NCBI GenBank assembly: GCA_016871515.1
Contig: VHDE01000005.1
Span: 21,191-85,190, forward strand
DNA length: 64,000 nt
Reading direction: 5' to 3'
Origin: Verrucomicrobiota bacterium
GTDB taxonomy: Bacteria; Verrucomicrobiota; Verrucomicrobiia; Limisphaerales; SIBE01
Shown: piece after piece, positions 19,017 to 28,471 of the stretch
Layout: every line of letters starts with the position of its first letter
Numbering within the stretch: the stretch's first letter is position 1
Notes under the pieces: model-generated
The model's database searches: none
Seen by the model: only the letters and a program-made list of their open reading frames with translations
What the model was told of the DNA's origin: nothing
Made by a program: the position numbers and the translations under genes

Positions 19017-20351
19017 ATGCAGCAAGTGAACCTGGGCATTATCGGGCGCGGCACAGTGGGCGGCGGCGTCTATCAAGCGATCCAGCGCAATGGAGCGCTC
19101 ATGGCATCGCGCTTGGGTATTCGCTTCAATGTCGCCAAAGTCGCTGTGCGAAACATCAAAAAAGCCCGCAGCGTCCGGATTCCTGCTTCGATCCTAACCG
19201 CCGACTGGGAAAGTATAGTGCGCGATCCGCAGATCGACCTTTTGCTCGAGCTTATCGGAGGAACAACCACGGCACGCACGATTGTCTTGCGCGCTTTGGA
19301 AGCTGGAAAACCAGTGATCACAGCCAATAAGGCATTGCTGTCTGCCCATGGGGAGGAACTGTTTGCCGTGGCGCAACAGTATGGCACGAATCTCTATTAC
19401 GAAGCGAGCGTCGCCGGTGGCATTCCGATCATCAAAGTCCTTCGTGAAGGGTTGATTGGAAATCGGATCACGCGGATTTACGGCATCGTCAATGGCACCT
19501 GCAATTACATTCTCACGCGCATGAAGTTTGAAGGCGCTGAATTTGACGAAGTGCTGGCGGACGCGCAACGACTTGGTTATGCCGAGGCTGAACCTTCGTT
19601 GGACATCGATGGCCATGATGCGTTGCATAAGATTGGCATCCTCGCGTCGCTCGCCCATGGCTTTTGGGTGAACCCGAAACAGATCTACGTGGAAGGCATT
19701 CGTTCGATTAGTCGCTTGGATATCCAATTTGCCAGCCAATTGGGTTACACAATCAAGTTGCTCGGCATTGTCAAAAAGCTGGAAGCGAATGCCCCCGGCA
19801 AAGCGTCAGCAAAAAAATGCAGTCCCATTCAAGTCTCCGTTTATCCAACGCTGGTGCCGAATTCGCACGTGCTCGCGAGTGTGAATCATGTGTTTAACGC
19901 CATTTACGTTCGAGGCGATGTGGTAGGAGACACGCTCTATTACGGTCGAGGAGCGGGACAAGACGCCACGGCGAGCGCCGTGCTGAGCGATTTGGCGGAT
20001 GCAGCCTTGGACCTGAAATGTGGCAGCAAGAGCCGGATACCGCCCTTCGTTCCGCACGAGTGCGACGGCGCGGTTTTGGCCATGGACGATGTTGTGTCGC
20101 GTTATTACGTGCGCTTAACCGTTATTGACAAGCCGGGAACTCTCGCCAAAATCGCCGCCATTTTGGGCCAATCGAAGATTGGCATTTCGTCCGTCATTCA
20201 GCCGGAGGGACATGAGGGCGAGAGCGTGCCCTTGATTCTGATGATTCATGATGCGCCAAATTCGGCGATGACGAAGGCGCTGCGAAAAATCAGCCGTTTG
20301 CCGGTTGTGAAAGCCGAACCGAAAATGATTCGTGTGGAAAGTTTTGAATGA
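19017..20351 (+). CDS. hom: Homoserine dehydrogenase
   Basis: From the ATG at 19017: MQQVNLGIIGRGTVGGGV (NAD-binding motif), catalytic domain (GIVNGTCNYILTRM...AEADPSLDIDGHDA-like) and a C-terminal ACT domain. Confidence 0.9.
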   Translation: MQQVNLGIIGRGTVGGGVYQAIQRNGALMASRLGIRFNVAKVAVRNIKKARSVRIPASILTADWESIVRDPQIDLLLELIGGTTTARTIVLRALEAGKPVITANKALLSAHGEELFAVAQQYGTNLYYEASVAGGIPIIKVLREGLIGNRITRIYGIVNGTCNYILTRMKFEGAEFDEVLADAQRLGYAEAEPSLDIDGHDALHKIGILASLAHGFWVNPKQIYVEGIRSISRLDIQFASQLGYTIKLLGIVKKLEANAPGKASAKKCSPIQVSVYPTLVPNSHVLASVNHVFNAIYVRGDVVGDTLYYGRGAGQDATASAVLSDLADAALDLKCGSKSRIPPFVPHECDGAVLAMDDVVSRYYVRLTVIDKPGTLAKIAAILGQSKIGISSVIQPEGHEGESVPLILMIHDAPNSAMTKALRKISRLPVVKAEPKMIRVESFE

Positions 20352-20366
20352 TTGTGTCGCAGTTTT

Positions 20367-20503
20367 CCGTAGCGCAGAGTTTCACTCTGCTGTACCGCCG
20401 GCTTGCGGTCGGCAGCGCGTGCGCCGAGTTCAGCGTCTTCGATCCTGCAGGAGCGCTGCAGACTCAAAGCCTGCGATACAGCCGAGCGAAACTCTGCGCT
20501 ACG
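20367..20503. repeat. REPIN-like doublet, family C (core GCGCAGAGT-N3-ACTCTGC)
   Basis: ccgtagcgcagagtttcactctgctgtaccgccggcttgc (20367-20406) is an imperfect reverse complement of aagcctgcgatacagccgagcgaaactctgcgctacg (20467-20503). It lies between hom and thrC. Confidence 0.8.
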
Positions 20504-20586
20504 CGAAAGACATCTGCGTCTGAACAAAACGGGACAATTCCGCGATGCGCTCGGTTGCAGCACGATCGCTCTAGGGACATGGCACA

Positions 20587-21696
20587 ATGAGCAGCATTCC
20601 CGCCATCCCGCACTCCGCGCCTCGCGCTTCGAATTCAGCGCTGTGGCGCGGTGTCATCGACCGTTATGCGCGTTACCTGCCAGTCTCAGATGCAACGCCG
20701 ATCGTGACGCTCCATGAAGGCAATACACCTCTGATTCGCGCAGATAACTTCGTGGAAGCTTGCGGCGGCCAGTTCGAACTATGGCTGAAATATGAGGGGG
20801 TCAATCCCACGTGCTCGTTCAAGGATCGCGGGATGACGGTCGCAGTTTCGAAAGCGCGCGAACGCGGCGCGAGCATTGTGATCTGTGCGAGCACCGGCAA
20901 CACCTCAGCCTCCGCGGCTGCTTATGCGGCGCGAGCGAAGATGAAATGCGTTGTGGTGTTGCCGCATGGAAAGATCGCTCTGGGAAAACTCGCGCAGGCG
21001 CTCATGTATGGCGCAACAACGATCGCGGTAGAGGGCAACTTTGATGACGCTCTGCGCATCGTGCGAGAGCTAGGCAACACCGGCCAAGTGGAAGTCGTCA
21101 ACAGCGTGAATCCTGTCCGCATCGAAGGCCAAAAGACCGCCGCCTTTGAAATTTGTGATCAATTAGGGCGCGCTCCAGATTTCCATTTCTTGCCGGTCGG
21201 AAATGCGGGCAACATCACCGCCTATTGGAAGGGCTACAAAGAATATTACTCCGTCCAGAAGGCGGATCGATTGCCGCGGATGTTTGGCTTTCAAGCCGCG
21301 GGCGCGGCGCCAATCGTCGATGGACGGTTAATTGAAAAACCCGAGACTGTAGCATCGGCCATTCGGATCGGGAACCCGGCCAGCTGGCAGGCCGCAACGG
21401 CAGCTCTTAAAGAATCGAAAGGTCATATCGACAAGGTGACCGACGAGGAGATTTTGGCCGCGCACAAACTCATAGCTCAAACCGAAGGAATTTTCGCAGA
21501 ACCGGCTTCGGCAGCGCCTTTGGCCGGTATTTTGCGATGCACAAAAGCCCGAATGATTCCCGCCGGGAGCGTCGTGACGGCGATTATGACCGGTCATGGC
21601 TTGAAGGATCCAGAAACCGCGATCAAGACTGCTGGCTTCGAACCGACGATTGTCGCGCCTAAGAAAGAAACTGTGATGAAGGTGATCGGGTTATGA
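20587..21696 (+). CDS. thrC: Threonine synthase
   Basis: 369 aa. The PLP-lysine motif is NPTCSFKDRGM, followed by ASTGNTSAS and a typical TrpB-fold C-terminal half. Confidence 0.93.
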   Translation: MSSIPAIPHSAPRASNSALWRGVIDRYARYLPVSDATPIVTLHEGNTPLIRADNFVEACGGQFELWLKYEGVNPTCSFKDRGMTVAVSKARERGASIVICASTGNTSASAAAYAARAKMKCVVVLPHGKIALGKLAQALMYGATTIAVEGNFDDALRIVRELGNTGQVEVVNSVNPVRIEGQKTAAFEICDQLGRAPDFHFLPVGNAGNITAYWKGYKEYYSVQKADRLPRMFGFQAAGAAPIVDGRLIEKPETVASAIRIGNPASWQAATAALKESKGHIDKVTDEEILAAHKLIAQTEGIFAEPASAAPLAGILRCTKARMIPAGSVVTAIMTGHGLKDPETAIKTAGFEPTIVAPKKETVMKVIGL

Positions 21697-21723
21697 AAGC
21701 TGCGACGATTCACGGGCGACGGA

Positions 21724-21832
21724 GGACGGACATTCCTGTTCGCCGCAGCTCTCGACCTTCGAGACCACAACAGAATGACCGACGGCATTCGGGCACATTT
21801 GATATTGCTGGAGACCAGAATGTCCGCGCTCC
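21724..21832. repeat. Possible REPIN-like doublet, family F (core GCGGACATTC)
   Basis: ggacggacattcctgttcgcc (21724-21744) and the reverse complement of ggagaccagaatgtccgcgctcc (21810-21832) share GGACATTC-containing cores. The match is imperfect. It lies between thrC and lysC. Confidence 0.35.
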
Positions 21833-21858
21833 CTCGGATTGAAACCTGAATCTTATCC

Positions 21859-23079
21859 ATGGCATTGATTGTTCAAAAGTACGGTGGGACCTCCGTGGCC
21901 AACCCCGAACGCATTCGGAACGTTGCTTCACGTGTCGCCAAGTATCGGGCCCAAGGTGATCGGATTGTCGTCGTCGTTTCCGCGATGAGCGGCGTGACGG
22001 ATAATCTCATCAAGCTTGCTAAAGAGATTATGCCGCTTCCAAGCGAGCGCGAGATGGACATGCTGCTTGCCACTGGCGAACAGACGGCCATCGCATTAAC
22101 TGCAATCGCATTGCATGCTCTCGGCGTGGATGCGGTTTCGTTGACGGGGGCCCAAGCGGGAATCGTCACCGACGGAGTTCACACCAAGGCCAAGATTCAG
22201 AATATTACCCCGAAGCAAGTACACGCGCTGCTTGATGCGGGCAAAGTCGTCATTGTTGCCGGCTTTCAAGGACAGACGCCCGAAGGGCAAATCACAACTC
22301 TGGGGCGGGGTGGCTCGGATCTCACCGCCATTGCGTTGGCAGCGGCATTACGCGCCGATCTTTGCCAGATTTATACCGACGTGGACGGCGTTTATACGGC
22401 TGATCCGCGAATTGTCCCCGGCGCGCGCAAATTGAACGAGATTTCCTACGACGAGATGTTAGAACTCGCGAGTCTCGGCGCGAAGGTGATGCAATCGCGG
22501 TCCGTCGAGTTCGCCAAGAAATTCGGCGTGGTATTTGAAGTCCGATCCAGTCTTAATGATAATCCAGGAACGATCGTGAAAGAAGAAACTCAAAGCATGG
22601 AAGGCGTTGTCATCCGCGGCGTCTCACTCGATAAGAATCAGGCGAAGGTAACTCTCGTCTCTGTGCCCGATAAGCCAGGCGTCGCGGCGCGTATTTTCAA
22701 GGCGCTCGGAGATGCCGCCATTAACGTGGATATGATCGTGCAAAACGTCAGCCATGGATCCGGCAGTCCGGCCACTGACCTGTCGTTTACGGTCGACAAA
22801 CCGGATTTGTTGAAAGCCGCCAAAGTAATTGAAGGCTTAAGAAATGATGTAGGGTGCCGGGAAGTCATCTCCGACGAAAAGATCGGAAAATTATCGATTG
22901 TTGGTGTCGGCATGCGCAGCCATTCCGGAGTAGCCGCCAAAATGTTCGATACTTTGGCCAAAGAAGGAATCAACATCGGCATGATTTCGACCAGCGAGAT
23001 CAAAATCTCGGTCGTCATCGACCTGGCAAAAGGCGAACAGGCGATGCGAGCAGTTCACGCCGCATTTTTGGATAAATAA
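21859..23079 (+). CDS. lysC: Aspartate kinase
   Basis: 406 aa. It begins MALIVQKYGGTSVANPERI, contains VVVVSAMSGVTDNL, and ends with two ACT domains. Confidence 0.95.
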   Translation: MALIVQKYGGTSVANPERIRNVASRVAKYRAQGDRIVVVVSAMSGVTDNLIKLAKEIMPLPSEREMDMLLATGEQTAIALTAIALHALGVDAVSLTGAQAGIVTDGVHTKAKIQNITPKQVHALLDAGKVVIVAGFQGQTPEGQITTLGRGGSDLTAIALAAALRADLCQIYTDVDGVYTADPRIVPGARKLNEISYDEMLELASLGAKVMQSRSVEFAKKFGVVFEVRSSLNDNPGTIVKEETQSMEGVVIRGVSLDKNQAKVTLVSVPDKPGVAARIFKALGDAAINVDMIVQNVSHGSGSPATDLSFTVDKPDLLKAAKVIEGLRNDVGCREVISDEKIGKLSIVGVGMRSHSGVAAKMFDTLAKEGINIGMISTSEIKISVVIDLAKGEQAMRAVHAAFLDK

Positions 23080-23456
23080 TACAGCACGACGGCCCCGTGC
23101 GGATGCGAAAGCCTCGGATCAGCCTGAAGCTCCTCTGACGGAAGGCGAGCGAGACTGCCTGAAGCGAGCTTGGCGACGCCTCAGTCAGCGCATCGCCGCA
23201 CTTGCGGTGGTGCTGGGCCAGAGGATGCAAATCCGAACATCGGACGCCAAGCGCAGCTGGCCTCAGCTGCGCCGGTTGGGCAATCTCGCGGGGATTCTCC
23301 ATTTGCTGGGCGGCAAATACAAAACATCTTTGCTGGCGGATTACTTGTGCTTGAAGCCTTGGGTAGCCCGTCCAGAACCTGGAGGCTGCTTGTTCCGCGG
23401 CCGGTGCGCCTCTAGCGTCAGACGCACCGCGGCGCCGGACCGTCCCACACAACGGC

Positions 23457-24348
23457 ATGATTTACCTGTGTGCGGCGCGGTCGCAGAGTGCCTCGCGTAT
23501 GAATGATCCAAACTCAAATCCAAATCCAAACTCCCAAACCACCGTTCTGACACGCTTCCGCGCGCTGAACTTCGTCGAAGATCAACTGCGTCAGGGGCAT
23601 CGTCTGTCCGAGGCCCCTGCGCAGGGCCTCGCTGCAACCCTGCCCCGATGAGAACGGGGACTATTACGCCGTGCGCACGCTCGAAGACTGGTGGTATGCC
23701 TACAAGAAAAACGGCTTCGCCGCTCTGGTCCCGGCCGTCCGGTCCGATGCAGGTCAAAACCGGGTTCTGGATCCAGACACCGCTGCTTGGATCATCGAAC
23801 AGATCACCCAAAATCCGCACATCCCGGTTAAGGTTCTTTATTCCCACTGGCGAGAACAAGGCCAGCGGTTGCCTTCGGTCAGTGTCATCTATCGCTAGGC
23901 ATCCGGCTGCTGCACTGCAAGCCCTATCACAGAGTCATTTTTATCATTCAGAGCGGCTTTGAAAGCACTCTGCGTTTGGACGGCCATCAGACGCACGGTC
24001 TGCCAGAGCTCAACACCAAGTTCTCCACCTGGATTCAAACGCTCTATCATCAACGCATTCATTCCAGCACGGGCGAAAGTCCCGAAGCGCGCTTTCAACG
24101 CGCCGCCAAAACCTTGCGTCACCTTCCAGCCGATCAGGACCTCGAGCGGCTTTTCTACACCCATCTCTATCGCACCGTGCGCAAGAACGGGACCGTTCGT
24201 CTGGAGGGCCAGCTCTATGAAGTGCCCTTGAACTTGCGCGCTCTTAAAATCCAGTTGCGCCTGAATCCGTTCACCCGCCAGCGTATCGAGGTCTGATATC
24301 AGAACAAGTTCGCCGGCCTGGCCCGCAAAGCCAACCTGAACCTCAACA
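23457..24348 (+). mobile_element. Degenerate DDE (rve-type, Mu/IS481-like) transposase remnant
   Basis: Three ORF pieces lie in different frames. 23457-23651 is the HTH part (TVLTRFRALNFVEDQLRQG). 23671-23898 reads RTLEDWWYAYKKNGFAALVPAVRSDAGQNRVL. 23976-24296 is the C-terminal part (YHQRIHSSTGESPEARF...TVRKNGTVRLEGQLYEV). The catalytic core between the pieces is missing. Homology-like sequence continues past a TGA (EV*YQNKFAGLARK). Confidence 0.6.
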
Positions 24349-24670
24349 GCGAAACGCTGGCCAAAACCAAGGGGTCATTCGTCGTGATTCCGTAGAGACG
24401 GCTCTCCACGATGCGCACCAAGCCGAATGCTCCGATCCAACCTAACGTCAGCCCTATTAGGACTACATTCATGCCATGGCTCATGACTAACGAAATAATA
24501 TTCGATTTGCCAGCGCCTAGAGCCATCCGCACGCCAATCTCGCGGACACGTCTGCTCATCGAGTACGCCATCACTCCGTATAACCCGACCGTTACTAAGA
24601 CCAGAGCGAGCAATCCAAACAAGCTGGAAAGGGTGGCGAACAATCGCTCTTGCGCCAGCGATCTTTCCAC
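24299..24670 (-). pseudogene. C-terminal FtsX-domain fragment of a MacB/ADOP-type ABC permease
   Basis: LFATLSSLFGLLALVLVTVGLYGVMAYSMSRRVREIGVRMALGAGKSNII...LYGITTNDPLVLASVSLL is the last three TM helices of an FtsX domain. There is no N-terminal approx 700 aa. The final approx 14 codons run into the transposase remnant. Confidence 0.65.
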
Positions 24671-24689
24671 AACCTCTCGCAGCGCCCTG

Positions 24690-24758
24690 AGTAGAGTAGG
24701 CGAAGCGGGCGGGTTGAGAGGCCAGAGCCAATGACCGTCGCGCTTCGCCTACTCTACT
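24690..24758. repeat. Hairpin element, family H (18-bp perfect stem)
   Basis: agtagagtaggcgaagcg (24690-24707) has its perfect reverse complement cgcttcgcctactctact at 24741-24758. Confidence 0.8.
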
Positions 24759-24781
24759 TAACGAACAGCAAGCGATAGCCA

Positions 24782-24899
24782 GCAGGCGTATCGCAGAGTT
24801 TCACTCTGCAGCGCGCCCGCCATTCCGAAGCGCCCAGGCCTATCGTACGCTCTGCCGGCTGCAAGTCGGCGATACAGCAGAGTGACACTCTGCGCTACG
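24782..24899. repeat. Family C doublet, second locus
   Basis: gcaggcgtatcgcagagtttcactctgcagcgcg (24782-24815) and ggctgcaagtcggcgatacagcagagtgacactctgcgctacg (24857-24899) share the AGAGT-N3-ACTCT core seen at 20367-20503. Confidence 0.75.
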
Positions 24900-24951
24900 A
24901 ACCAAGACGCGACCTGCTCGGAGGGGACTGAGAGAGCGAGGCGCAGCTAAT

Positions 24952-25425
24952 ATGGGAACAACACCGCATCTCAACAACGAGGATGCGCAACGAATTGGCG
25001 CGGTCTTAAATGATTTCCTCGCGAAGAGCGAAGCGGACGCTGTCTTGTTAGTCTCGCAGGGCGGCTTCCTTGTTTTCCAGGCCGGCCGCACGGCCGGCCT
25101 GGACCTGCAGGCGATCGCTGCCTTAGTGGAAGGCGCATTCGCCGCTTTGCAAGCGATGTCAACTTGCATCGGCGAATCCAACTTCAACTCATTCTATCAG
25201 CAAGGTGAGAAAAGGAGTCTGCTCGTGGCGCCGGTGGAACAATATCACGGTTTGATTGTGCTGTTTCCGGCTCAGGCGAGTTTGGGAGCGGTGAAATTCT
25301 ACGCGGCGGAGATGGCCCCCCTCATCGCGCAACAACTGGCCAAAGCCCGAGCAACGGATCCCGAAGGAATCGATCCCATTAGCCTGAACCTGACGGACAC
25401 GACGCAGATATTCAAAAGAAAATAG
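24952..25425 (+). CDS. Roadblock/LC7 (MglB-like) domain protein
   Basis: 157 aa. The segments LNDFLAKSEADAVLLVSQGGFLVFQAG...LAALVEGAFAALQAM...GEKRSLLVAPVEQYHGLIVLF follow the Robl_LC7 pattern. Confidence 0.7.
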   Translation: MGTTPHLNNEDAQRIGAVLNDFLAKSEADAVLLVSQGGFLVFQAGRTAGLDLQAIAALVEGAFAALQAMSTCIGESNFNSFYQQGEKRSLLVAPVEQYHGLIVLFPAQASLGAVKFYAAEMAPLIAQQLAKARATDPEGIDPISLNLTDTTQIFKRK

Positions 25426-26292
25426 CTATTTTAAGACAGTCGTGCGTTCCTGGAGCCAAACGAGGTCTCGATTGTTGGCCGCAGGGCTGGCATGGCCGTG
25501 AAAGTCAGTGCTAGCGGGCGGTTTTATGGTCCGGGGATCCATCCATTTCTTCGTTTCCACATGACTGTCGGCAAAGCCAATTGCTGCCGAACTGCTATGA
25601 TAAGCGGCTGGAATATGGTACCACGTTTGCACCCCCATATTGACGCCAAACGTAGGTGCGCAGATGCTGTCTGGATTTATGTCCCCAAACGTGAAAGACA
25701 TGGCGGGAGAGGCAATTTGGGTCATCTTCAGGTAGAGCTGGTACTTAGCATGCGGAATGCCGCGATAACTGTAGGGGCGCGGTTGCGGAGGGTTCACGTC
25801 GTAGCCCATGTAACCATTCAGCCCGTAGCTGCGTGTCCGCGGAACAGCAAGGGTTCCCGAGCCCGTTCCCTTTAGTTTGTCGGCTGGGCATTTGTAAATA
25901 TTTGCCCCTCTGGAAGCGTTAAGGTATTTCGAAAAGAGAGACAGGTTTTCATTGTTCATGATCGTGATATTCGTGGCATCGGCTCCGGTGGCGGCAAAGC
26001 TGCCGCTCACCCAACAGGCGCCCAGGCTCACCTCCCCGTGGTGGTTGAGGACAATTCGATCATCGTTGTCACCCGAGTACAGTTGGAACACGAGATTCAG
26101 TTGCTTCACGTTATTCACGCAACTGACTTGGTGCGCCTTGGACTTGGCTTTGGCGAGCGCAGGCAGAAGCATGCCGGCCAAGATCGCAATAATCGCGATG
26201 ACGACCAGGAGTTCGATGAGGGTGAAACCCTCGAGGTTCGCGCGCGTTCTGCTAGATCGGCGCATGGATTTGATTTGTGGGTGAGCATGCAT
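25426..26292 (-). CDS. Prepilin-type N-terminal cleavage/methylation domain protein (DUF1559-like pseudopilin)
   Basis: From the ATG at 26292 (or 26265): ...[33 protein letters not shown], with a C-terminal IGFADSHVE motif. The longer track ORF (to 26628) translates repeat family E. Confidence 0.8.
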   Translation of the reverse strand: MHAHPQIKSMRRSSRTRANLEGFTLIELLVVIAIIAILAGMLLPALAKAKSKAHQVSCVNNVKQLNLVFQLYSGDNDDRIVLNHHGEVSLGACWVSGSFAATGADATNITIMNNENLSLFSKYLNASRGANIYKCPADKLKGTGSGTLAVPRTRSYGLNGYMGYDVNPPQPRPYSYRGIPHAKYQLYLKMTQIASPAMSFTFGDINPDSICAPTFGVNMGVQTWYHIPAAYHSSSAAIGFADSHVETKKWMDPRTIKPPASTDFHGHASPAANNRDLVWLQERTTVLK

Positions 26293-26437
26293 ATTCAAAA
26301 ATTCGTGAAACTGTAATCTGTCCGCATCATAAGGCAATACATTAAACGATAGTTTATCATGTGCCTCATGTGCCTCTCGCTGCACAGGGCTTGCATCGGG
26401 AAGCCAAACCCCTTCAGGTGCATCCCGAAGTTGTCGG

Positions 26438-26586
26438 TAGCGGCGGGCATGCTGCCTGCCGCAGAGGGCGTGCATCTTGCCGCCCGGAGCAGCGGTTGAA
26501 ACGAGGAGGCTGCGTTCTAGTGCGTGCGCGTGATCCGCCGGGCAGGGTGCCTCGGCTCTACGGCAGGCAGGATGCCCGGCCGCTAC
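26438..26586. repeat. REPIN-like doublet, family E (about 50-bp arms)
   Basis: gtagcggcgggcatgctgcctgccgcagagggcgtgcatcttgccgcccgg (26438-26487) is an imperfect reverse complement of ccgggcagggtgcctcggctctacggcaggcaggatgcccggccgctac (26538-26586). Confidence 0.75.
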
Positions 26587-26695
26587 AATTGTGCCGGCAA
26601 CTTCGGGCTGTACCGCTGAGCCCGGCAAGCGCTCGATCGATCCAAATGCTTGTCATGCAGGATCGTCCTGCTAGATTCGCCGACGAAACTGTTTT

Positions 26696-27025
26696 ATGAA
26701 ATTATTTATTCTGCTGTTCATCGTGGCTTCGGTCGGATTCTGTGGATGCAAGAAGAAAGATGCCACAGTTCCAGTTGGCGCTGAAAAATCGGCGCCGGTG
26801 ACTTCCCAGTTAAAAATCAAGATTGGGCCGAACGGGGAAATCCACGCCAATAATAAGCAACTGTCCCAGGAAGAGTTCATGCAGGAATTGCAACGGCTCA
26901 AGCAATCGAATGGCGGCATCGTGTATACGCGCGACAATCCCAATGCAGACACGACACCCGCCCAAGCAGCCATCGTCCAACTGATGGAACAATCCGGAAT
27001 TCCGCTGGAATTCAGCAGGCAATGA
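26696..27025 (+). CDS. Small lipoprotein, hypothetical
   Basis: 109 aa with a lipobox (MKLFILLFIVASVGFCGC). The mature part loosely resembles an ExbD/TolR-like fold (IKIGPNGEIHANNKQL...); this similarity is weak. Confidence 0.55.
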   Translation: MKLFILLFIVASVGFCGCKKKDATVPVGAEKSAPVTSQLKIKIGPNGEIHANNKQLSQEEFMQELQRLKQSNGGIVYTRDNPNADTTPAQAAIVQLMEQSGIPLEFSRQ

Positions 27026-27171
27026 GGACAATTAGCTGAGTATTGTCTCTCAGTTAATATCTGCGCCCTTCAGCTTATGCGCGGCGACCCAGTAATCGTG
27101 AACTATCTTCAGGTTTAACAGTTCAGCATGAACTGGGTTCTCTGCGGAATCAGGCAGGACTAGGACTAAGA

Positions 27172-28044
27172 CTAAGACGCGCTGAACTGCGAATGTGCTC
27201 GCAGCTTTTCCCAAGTCTCCGGGCGAAGCGGCGCTTGCCGATAGACTGGTTCCCACAATGGTTCTGCACTCGTCGATTTGCGTGCTCGTTGCAGCCAGCG
27301 CCGATCAAGCGGCTCGTTGATCAGGTCCAAAGTATTGGCAGCGATGGTTGTCTCCTCCTTTTCCCCGGTCGCGTGTCCGCTGCCGACATAAAACCCAGCC
27401 AACAGCAGCGAGACTCGCAACATCGTGCTCCGCGAATAGGTCGGTAATGCGCACGGGCGTTTCGGATCCAGCAAACGAAAGAGATTCGCAAAGAGAGGCT
27501 GTGTCCACATCGCCGGATTCCTCGCCGGTGAATAAGCATCGAACATGATCGCGTGCGGCTTCGGAATCTGCGCGGCTTTGGGCTGCATCAACAATGTGGG
27601 GAAGTCTGCCAGACAGAGTTGCCAATCGACGGACAAACAATGGTCGAGGAACCTGACATGGCGCACCGCGGCGAGTTGTTTGAGGTAACTTTCGTAGCCC
27701 AAGAGATAATCGAGACAATCACTGCGAGTGACTGCGAATTGGAGGGGTTCAGTCGTGTGATCGAAACTAACCAGTTGGATGCGGCCTTTGATCTGGCCCG
27801 TCGCGCGCAAGACGGCAAGCGGGTTAGCGGCTGCACCGAGTCCAACATCCCAAATGACCACTCCATCGGGATGTGCGCTCAAGCGTTCGCGCAGCCGTAG
27901 TTGGTCCACATAAAGAGCCCTCGCTTCCGCAACCGGTCCGATGACCGGATGAAATGTTTCTCGGTGCGCCACGGAATGGAGACTATGAACCCCATTGGCA
28001 AGCCGGACGATCTTGTAATCGGCAGTTGGTAACTCTTGGCCCAT
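27172..28044 (-). CDS. MnmC-type SAM-dependent methyltransferase domain protein (DUF752-like)
   Basis: 290 aa. VIWDVGLGAAANPLAVL is the SAM-binding loop. IMFDAYSPARNPAMWTQPLFANLFRLL...TYSRSTMLRVSLLLAGFYV matches the FDAFSP..NP.mW motif of the MnmC methyltransferase domain. Confidence 0.7.
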   Translation of the reverse strand: MGQELPTADYKIVRLANGVHSLHSVAHRETFHPVIGPVAEARALYVDQLRLRERLSAHPDGVVIWDVGLGAAANPLAVLRATGQIKGRIQLVSFDHTTEPLQFAVTRSDCLDYLLGYESYLKQLAAVRHVRFLDHCLSVDWQLCLADFPTLLMQPKAAQIPKPHAIMFDAYSPARNPAMWTQPLFANLFRLLDPKRPCALPTYSRSTMLRVSLLLAGFYVGSGHATGEKEETTIAANTLDLINEPLDRRWLQRARKSTSAEPLWEPVYRQAPLRPETWEKLRAHSQFSAS

Positions 28045-28144
28045 TGTTCGCGCGCTCGTGTTTGTGTTGCTCAGCGGAGATTACTAACGGAAGGGGCAGC
28101 GTCGAGCGCGGGCGCATCTGCGTTGAAGACTGTAATTCGCCTAA

Positions 28145-28408
28145 TCAATTGTTTCCCCGCAAAGCCTCGACAAGGCCGCGAATGCGCCTATGGATTTCCT
28201 GATACGTGGCTTCAATCGCCGCGCGGACCTCCGTTTCATTGATCCTCCGGCCGCTCAGAATAACGGTGTAAGCGAGTTGGCGGTTCCTTTTCTTCAACGC
28301 CTCAAGACTGGCACGCAAAGCTATTTCCCCGAGAATTGCCATTTGCTTGAGCTTGGAACGGATGCGGTCCAGGTCGCATTGCAACAATGCTTCGTGATAT
28401 GGGCTCAT
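28145..28408 (-). CDS. Single PhoU-domain protein (half-length, possibly a truncated PhoU)
   Basis: From the ATG at 28408: MSPYHEALLQCDLDRIRSKLKQMAILGEIALRASLEALKKRNRQLAYTVILSGRRINETEVRAAIEA. This parallels the first helical repeat of PhoU, but the product is only about 87 aa against about 220 aa in a full PhoU. Confidence 0.4.
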   Translation of the reverse strand: MSPYHEALLQCDLDRIRSKLKQMAILGEIALRASLEALKKRNRQLAYTVILSGRRINETEVRAAIEATYQEIHRRIRGLVEALRGNN

Positions 28409-28442
28409 GGTTGCGTGGATCGACAATTAGATTTTGCAGGAT

Positions 28443-28464
28443 TGTTACAAATGTGTGACAAATT
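28443..28464 (+). promoter_or_regulatory. 11-bp-phased direct repeat TGT(T/G)ACAAAT(G/T) x2, candidate operator (Pho-box-like architecture)
   Basis: tgttacaaatg and tgtgacaaatt are adjacent, 8 nt upstream of the first DUF47 ATG. They lie in the 63-bp gap between the divergent PhoU-like gene and the DUF47/Pit genes. Confidence 0.25.
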
Positions 28465-28471
28465 CGCCACT

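Noticed and set aside
20246-20717. ORFs of 63-113 aa between hom and thrC (SAEFHSAV..., ...SETLRYGKLRH)
   Set aside because: They are translations of the family-C palindromic repeat. The same peptide-like strings reappear at 24840-25187, where they again coincide with the repeat.
21697-21858. Possible lysine riboswitch (L-box) in the 162-nt leader of lysC
   Set aside because: I could not find the conserved L-box core elements. The region is better explained by an imperfect inverted repeat of the local REP type. A covariance-model (Rfam RF00168) scan would settle it.
23015-23458. 147-aa minus-strand ORF downstream of lysC
   Set aside because: It overlaps the lysC 3' end, has an Arg/Ala/Gln-rich composition with no motifs, and lies in a region of probable transposon-end or repeat debris.
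26293-26628. 112-codon N-terminal extension of the pseudopilin-like ORF
   Set aside because: The extension translates the family-E palindrome. The prepilin leader (short basic segment, then GFTLIELL) must sit near the true N-terminus, so the start is at 26292 or 26265.
28190-28471. N-terminal extensions of the DUF47 and Pit ORFs (28190-28471, 29043-29243, 29639-30082)
   Set aside because: Both DUF47 paralogues align from MFS(I/L)QR(L/I)FGRDD, and Pit aligns from MTFVLCVIVIAL. The extensions overlap upstream genes or repeat elements.
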